A DNA stretch of 64,000 nucleotides from positions 32,001 through 96,000 of the forward strand of contig JABCTZ010000046.1 of NCBI GenBank assembly GCA_018238155.1, read 5' to 3'. A program made the position numbers and the translations under genes. Each line of letters opens with the position of its first letter. Positions within the stretch are counted from its first letter, which is position 1. Below are positions 58,240-64,000 of this stretch, in pieces. The stretch is from Candidatus Heimdallarchaeota archaeon (lineage in GTDB: Archaea; Asgardarchaeota; Heimdallarchaeia; JABLTI01). The notes under the pieces are model-generated. The model did no database searches, was not told where the DNA came from, and saw only the letters and a list, made by a program, of their open reading frames with translations.

Positions 58240-58325
58240 TTTTGTAAAAAAATCATCATTTTTCTTTTATTTTTAAAAAACCAGGTATTTATTTAATTTA
58301 ATCAGAAAGTTAAATTAAGAAGAAT

Positions 58326-60059
58326 ATGTTTGATTTATTGGTGGTTAATTCATTGCCAGAACATGCTAAAAAAATCGGATTTGTCTTAGGAGTTTCATCG
58401 GATCAAGAACGAATAATTGTTCGTTTAGATGAAAATGTTGAACATGAAGACATCGTTGAGGGAAATTTCGTAAGCATACCATTAGCAAATGGAAATACAT
58501 TGATTGGCAGGATAATCACAATTCGTGCTGAGAATCCACAATTAAGTGATGAACGATACGCAAAATTCTGGATGGATAGACTTCGACGATCCCTTGAGTC
58601 AAGGTCTATGTTAGAATTTACTGAATATCATGTTGTTGAAGTTATTCTAGTTTCAAATATATCCCATGAAGGAGAACTTTCGACACCAAATGCTTGGGTA
58701 AGCCCTGGTTCAATGGTTTTTGAATGCAGAGATGATTTACTAAAATTGGCAGTATTTGGAAAAGAAAAAGGAGCAATGGATATAGGTTTCTTTGCAGAGC
58801 ACTCTGGAGAAATGGTTGTTAAACTGAATCCAAATACACTTGGTTCAGATGGATTAGCTATTTTTGGTTCAAGAGGTAGTGGAAAATCTTATGCGGCTGG
58901 AGTAATCATAGAAGAGTTTTCAGAGTTTGGTTTACCAACTCTAATTGTTGATCCTCATGGAGAATATTGGGGTCTTTCTCATACGAAAGGTCCAAAAAAG
59001 ACATCTTCTTTACCTAAATATTCCGTCAAAGTATTATATCCAAATCGTTATCTCCCCAGATATTTTAGCTATATGGAAAAAATGTCAAAGAAATTAGGAG
59101 GTAATTTTACTTTTGAGCCTGTTACAATGCTATTTTCAGAAATATCTACTTCTGAAATGTTCAATTTTATGTATGATTTAACTAGCCCACAAAAAGAGAA
59201 ACTTGAAAACACTTGGTATGGTATTCGAGATACTTTCGGATTTGCAGTTTGTTATGATATTGATGGATTCTTAGGATTTGGAATAGAGAACAATATAATT
59301 GATGGCAGTAGTCGAAAACCTATTGTTCGAAAACTTGAAGTGTTTAGAAAAATGGGCTTTTTTACAGAATTGAATGGAGCCATCTGTCATCTCTCGGGTT
59401 CAATCATACAAGAATACGATGCAAGGAATCGTCGAATAGAAAGTCAGGATAAAAAGAAAGATTTGAGTAATCTTAGCAGCGTGAAAAATAATTTCTCAGC
59501 AGAACAAATAACGATTTTAGATGTAAGTCAACCAGGTATGGATGAGCGTGCTCGAAGAATTTTCGTCTCGAGTTACTTAAATCGGTTAAGGAGAACGATG
59601 GAAAATAAGGAAATTCAAAGAGTCTTTCTCTTAATTGAAGAAGCGCATCGATTTATTCCAATAGGAGAATCAATTACAAAACGATCTATAGAATGGTTTG
59701 CTCGAGAAGGACGGAAGATGGGTGCTGGTTTGGGTATTGTAAGTCAAAGACCAAGTGGTCTAGATAGAGATATCCTATCACAATGTAACTCAAAACTCAT
59801 TCTAAGAATTACTGAACAATCAGATATTTTAGTTGCAAAAGATATTCTCGCAGGATTTGCTGAAAGGTATGTCGGATTATTACCGTATCTCGAGAGAGGA
59901 ACAGGCGTTCTTTCCGGAGCAGCTCTCCGAATACCAATTTTAGTTCAATTTAGAGAGAGAAAATCATCTTCGAAATATGGTGAAACTGTTGCTCTAGTAT
60001 CAAATCCGGAAAATAAAATGAAATCAAGAGATACTGAGAAGACTTTCTGGGAAAAATAA
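58326..60059 (+). CDS. herA: HerA-family ATPase with an N-terminal HAS barrel
   Basis: IFGSRGSGKS (Walker A), IVDPHGEY, LIEEAHRF (Walker B), REGRKMG and SQRPS motifs. Confidence 0.88.
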   Translation: MFDLLVVNSLPEHAKKIGFVLGVSSDQERIIVRLDENVEHEDIVEGNFVSIPLANGNTLIGRIITIRAENPQLSDERYAKFWMDRLRRSLESRSMLEFTEYHVVEVILVSNISHEGELSTPNAWVSPGSMVFECRDDLLKLAVFGKEKGAMDIGFFAEHSGEMVVKLNPNTLGSDGLAIFGSRGSGKSYAAGVIIEEFSEFGLPTLIVDPHGEYWGLSHTKGPKKTSSLPKYSVKVLYPNRYLPRYFSYMEKMSKKLGGNFTFEPVTMLFSEISTSEMFNFMYDLTSPQKEKLENTWYGIRDTFGFAVCYDIDGFLGFGIENNIIDGSSRKPIVRKLEVFRKMGFFTELNGAICHLSGSIIQEYDARNRRIESQDKKKDLSNLSSVKNNFSAEQITILDVSQPGMDERARRIFVSSYLNRLRRTMENKEIQRVFLLIEEAHRFIPIGESITKRSIEWFAREGRKMGAGLGIVSQRPSGLDRDILSQCNSKLILRITEQSDILVAKDILAGFAERYVGLLPYLERGTGVLSGAALRIPILVQFRERKSSSKYGETVALVSNPENKMKSRDTEKTFWEK

Positions 60060-60191
60060 CCTCATTTTCCTTTACTCAATTTCTGAGAATGTTCAAACAT
60101 ACATTTAACTTTATCTATTTTTTACCGTTTCATATCAAAAAACTACTATATTTTTTTTGAGAACAAATAGAATGTAAGTTAGTGGTTAACA

Positions 60192-60986
60192 ATGTTATTT
60201 GAATATCCAGCTATAAATCAATCTGCTCTCATTCCTTTATTCGAACAGAATACTTACCTGTTCATTGTCTCGAAAACCATTTTAAGAGAAGGTAATGGTA
60301 GAATATTAGTTGACGATATTGAAAATCCACAAGTTGCATTATTGTCATATAAAGTATTCGAAATTGTAACAGGTAATGTTAAATCATTACACGCAAAAAC
60401 AATACTAGAAAATATACGTGAAAATCGTTTGGTCATTTTTCCAAATGAGAAATGGTCGGAATTTGCAAAGGAACAAATAAATATCACTCCATACCCACGG
60501 ACTAAATTTTCTTCTTCAAAATTAGATATTGAACATCTAAACAAATTACTTGAAAGAAAACTTGTAGAAGGATTTACACTCCACAAAGTAGATGTTGAAA
60601 CAGTTTATAATATGAATATTAAACTAGCACCGGCATTTCTGCCATGGTTTGACTCTCCTGAAGCTTTTGTCCATCGAGGGTTGGCATATTGTATCAAAGA
60701 AGGAGAAAAAGTAGTTAGTATTGTTGCAGCTGCAATGCCTATTTATGATGATGAATTTGAGATTCAAATTTTAACAGATGATAATCCGAAATATCGTCGA
60801 AAAGGATTTGCAACTATTGCAGCTGCAGCCTTACTAAAAGAAAGTTTAGAAAGAGGGTTAACACCTCATTGGGATGCAGACAATGAAATTTCAACGAAAT
60901 TGGCATTAAAACTTGGTTTCACAGATCCAAAATACTATAATGCTTTTATTTGTACAGATATCCAAACAAAAAGAAATGGAAAATAG
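60192..60986 (+). CDS. GNAT-family N-acetyltransferase
   Basis: EIQI.T...YRRKGFAT...PHWDA.N..S..LA.KLGF. Confidence 0.88.
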   Translation: MLFEYPAINQSALIPLFEQNTYLFIVSKTILREGNGRILVDDIENPQVALLSYKVFEIVTGNVKSLHAKTILENIRENRLVIFPNEKWSEFAKEQINITPYPRTKFSSSKLDIEHLNKLLERKLVEGFTLHKVDVETVYNMNIKLAPAFLPWFDSPEAFVHRGLAYCIKEGEKVVSIVAAAMPIYDDEFEIQILTDDNPKYRRKGFATIAAAALLKESLERGLTPHWDADNEISTKLALKLGFTDPKYYNAFICTDIQTKRNGK

Positions 60987-61037
60987 ATTTTTTAAAGTAG
61001 TATTTTAAATCATTTCTTCAGGTCATTTTATTTAATC

Positions 61038-61903
61038 TTAAAGTTTAATGAAGTCTTCAATATCTTGGAAAACTTTTTCTCTGTTTTCAGGTAATTCATT
61101 AAAAAGTTCATGCCAATAATCTTCATAGATATTTAGTTTCATTTTGTTTTTTTGTTTAATAGTTTCAAATTTCTTCATAGTATAGAAAGAATCTACAATT
61201 CGATCATCTGTTCCTACCAGGAATAAAGTTGGAACAGCTAAACTATGAATATTCTTATCAGCATCTTTTTGAAATTTGAGCAACTCTCGACTCCATCGAT
61301 AGGTGAATTTTCCATATATTAGCTCATCTTGTAATCGTCTTTCCAGAATATCTGAATCTTTTATCAATTCTTCAGGTTTGATAATTGAGCTCATGTCATT
61401 TTGGGCACAATTGTCCCTAGAATTCTGACAGCTGTTTTTTGAATAAAATTAGCAATAGGATTCCCCATTAATTTGATACTTGGAGACGATAAAATTAGCT
61501 TATCAACAAGCTCCGGATATCTTATTGCGGTAATAATTGCATTTGCACCACCATTGCTATGTGCAATAAGGTAGATCATGTTTGGAGCTTCTTTTTCTTT
61601 AACAAAATTGATGAATGTTTTAATGTCTTCAACAACGAAATTGTAATCTTTCACATACATCCGTTGCTTTTTCACACAATGTCCATGACCTCTACGGTCA
61701 AAAGCAAAAAAGGGATAACCTCTCCTTGAAAAATATTCAGCAACATTTCTCATATTTTGAGCATGTGTTTCGCCGCCATGAACACCAATTAAAACGATTT
61801 TGGTTCTTTCTGTTTTGGATTTTTTAGGAAGCCAACAATGATAATACATCTCTAAATCATCAAAAGATTGAAAGTAACCATTCTGTTCAGTAATTTCAGA
61901 CAT
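61038..61903 (-). pseudogene. Alpha/beta hydrolase (lysophospholipase/monoglyceride lipase-like) split by a frameshift at about 61392
   Basis: 61391..61903 carries VHG, DRRGHG and AHSNGG. 61038..61394 carries GTDDRIV and WHELFNE. The two halves form one domain. Confidence 0.75.
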
Positions 61904-62120
61904 CTAATAATCATCTCAGTATTAGTACTAAATTATAAATCATTTATTCTTTTTAATCTTAGTGAAGAGAGGTAGTTTCAATAGAGAAATTTTCTGTAGT
62001 AAAATTTAATAGCTAATAATAACTTGTTTATGACTGAGGATGAATTTGAGCAAAGCTTTGAATGCAGGCATTTTATCATTGTATTAAAATCTTGAATCAA
62101 GAAGTCGGAGAAACAAAAAA

Positions 62121-64000
62121 TTGAATAAAAAGGAGCATTCCAATCAAGAAAATGCTGAAGCAATAATTATTCCCAGTGCTCATTGGGATAGAGAATGGTA
62201 CTTGCCTTTCCAATACTTTAGATTTAAGCTTGTTAAATTAATTGATGAATTGCTTGAAATCATGGAGAATAAAGAATATTATTTTATGCTTGACGGACAA
62301 ACAATTATTCTTGAAGATTACTTTGAAATACGCCCTGAAAATAAAGAAAAGCTTCTCAAATTAATACGTGAAAAAAAGATTTCTGTGGGACCTTGGTATG
62401 TTCTCCCAGATGAATGGTTAGTAGGTCAAGAAAGTCTAATCAGGAATCTAGAAATTAGTTTTGATCTCGCATATAGTTTAGATATCCCTCAAATGCAAGT
62501 TGGTTATTTACCAGATCAATTTGGTCATACTCGAGCCATACCACAGCTTTTATCGGATTTAACTAATTTTACTGCTACAGTAATTTGGAGAGGTGTTGGT
62601 CCTGAAATAACAAAGGTACCATTTATTTGGAAAAGTCATCCAAAATCAAAGAATCAGATTTTAGGCAACTATCTTCCGTTTGGTTACGGCAATTTTGCAG
62701 GTTTATCTGATAATATTGATTTAGTTAAAGAACTAATTGATGAGAAAATCAAAGAATTGAAGCCTTATTCACCGTTTCCTTATTATCTTCTGATGAATGG
62801 CACGGATCATCAAATGCCTCAAACATTTTTGATTGAACAAATACCAAAATTATCAAATGACAAATTGAAATTAAAGTTAGGTTTAATGGAAGAGTATATA
62901 CTCAAATTACATGATTTAATTGCACGAGAAAAATACTCTCCGGCAATTTATTATGGTGAATTTCGTTCGTCAGTAAAAGCACCACTATTACAAGATACTT
63001 ATTCTGCAAGAATGTGGATAAAACAATGGGATACAAAAATTGAGGATCTACTTGTTCATCATGGAGAACCTATTAGTACAATTTTACATTTTTATCTAGC
63101 TTATAAATACCCAACGTCTTATTTGAACTTAGCATGGAAATGGTTACTAAAAAATCAACCACATGATTCAATTTGTGGATGTTCTATCGATAAAACTCAT
63201 GATGAAATGAAATCTCGTTATTCATGGGCTGAAGGTATCGTAGAATCAGTAATTCAAGATTCACTTGAAATGATACAAAAAATGGAAACTGAAAAAAGTG
63301 ATTCATCTTGTTTGATTTTCAATCCAACTAATAATTCAAAGATACCAATGTGTGTTGAATTTTCTTTAGACGATAGTGACATTAAATCAATCGAAACAAC
63401 AACGGGAGATAATTACGACATTCAATCCATGACTTCATCAGAAGATATCTTCTTTGAAAGCACAATGAGTCCGTTCATCACTCAAGCGGGTTTGAAAATG
63501 CTACCAGGTAGAAGGTTAATGGATATTTACATTAATGAAGTATCCTTTGCTCCAAGAGATACTGACCCAACAGTACTAGATATTTCATTGATTTGTGGTA
63601 AAGAACCAATTGGAGAATTTGATGTTAAAGCAATGCAACAACAAGCGATTGAAATTTTGGATAGGAAGGAGTACAAAAAGTTTCATGTCAAAGTTTCTTT
63701 AGGAAGTAAACAATCTTACATAGGATTGTTACCTTTGAATCCTTGGTCATTTACAAAAATAACACTGAAGAAAGAAGTAAAGAAAGCTGATACTGATCCA
63801 ATAATAATAACCAATAATTCTGTAAGCAACAAATTCTATGATATTAGATTTAATAAAAATGGTTCTCTGAATTTATTCGATAAAGGATTAGAAAGAGAAT
63901 TTAGCAACCTCCATTATTTTGAAGATTGGGGTGATCGTGGAGATGAATACACATTTGGTCGCTTAGATCCAGTTGCTACGAAGGTTTCAAAGGTAAAAAG
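62121..64000 (+). CDS. Glycoside hydrolase family 38 alpha-mannosidase, 3' end runs off the window
   Basis: Not in the track. From TTG 62121 (GGAG upstream): HWDREWY, FMLDGQT..LEDY, GPWYVLPDE, YLPDQFGH, MNGTDH and NQPHDSICGCS. Confidence 0.92.
   Translation, partial: MNKKEHSNQENAEAIIIPSAHWDREWYLPFQYFRFKLVKLIDELLEIMENKEYYFMLDGQTIILEDYFEIRPENKEKLLKLIREKKISVGPWYVLPDEWLVGQESLIRNLEISFDLAYSLDIPQMQVGYLPDQFGHTRAIPQLLSDLTNFTATVIWRGVGPEITKVPFIWKSHPKSKNQILGNYLPFGYGNFAGLSDNIDLVKELIDEKIKELKPYSPFPYYLLMNGTDHQMPQTFLIEQIPKLSNDKLKLKLGLMEEYILKLHDLIAREKYSPAIYYGEFRSSVKAPLLQDTYSARMWIKQWDTKIEDLLVHHGEPISTILHFYLAYKYPTSYLNLAWKWLLKNQPHDSICGCSIDKTHDEMKSRYSWAEGIVESVIQDSLEMIQKMETEKSDSSCLIFNPTNNSKIPMCVEFSLDDSDIKSIETTTGDNYDIQSMTSSEDIFFESTMSPFITQAGLKMLPGRRLMDIYINEVSFAPRDTDPTVLDISLICGKEPIGEFDVKAMQQQAIEILDRKEYKKFHVKVSLGSKQSYIGLLPLNPWSFTKITLKKEVKKADTDPIIITNNSVSNKFYDIRFNKNGSLNLFDKGLEREFSNLHYFEDWGDRGDEYTFGRLDPVATKVSKVK

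Noticed and set aside
58326-60059. HerA-based anti-phage system (Sir2-HerA or nuclease-HerA)
   Set aside because: No adjacent Sir2 or nuclease effector gene is present.
61978-62163. 61-aa minus-strand ORF
   Set aside because: It overlaps the promoter and start of the GH38 gene and has no motif.

Overview
AT-rich, gene-dense archaeal chromosome segment, most likely from an Asgard archaeon. This rests on a clear profilin, a roadblock/LC7 protein, a DENN-like protein, a PCI-like domain protein and archaeal-type ValS, Fae-Hps, HerA and NurA. No rRNA, tRNA, CRISPR array or transposase was recognised. Housekeeping and metabolic genes include valS, a leuC/leuD-type dehydratase, a divergent pgk, fae-hps, citC/citG, polX, a GH38 mannosidase and a GDPD. 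The most interesting items are: (i) a secreted, membrane-anchored subtilase whose C-terminal half resembles eukaryotic Site-1 protease (MBTPS1); (ii) a tandem pair of long bactofilin-like beta-helix genes sharing a conserved double-palindrome upstream element; (iii) two paralogous membrane proteins with Cys-every-fourth strings, between a His/Cys membrane protein and a HerA ATPase; (iv) two unusual PRC-barrel fusion proteins; (v) probable non-AUG (AUA, CUG) starts that hide one gene and truncate another in the ORF track; and (vi) two unexplained structured intergenic elements. All family calls come from motif recognition by eye, not from database searches.
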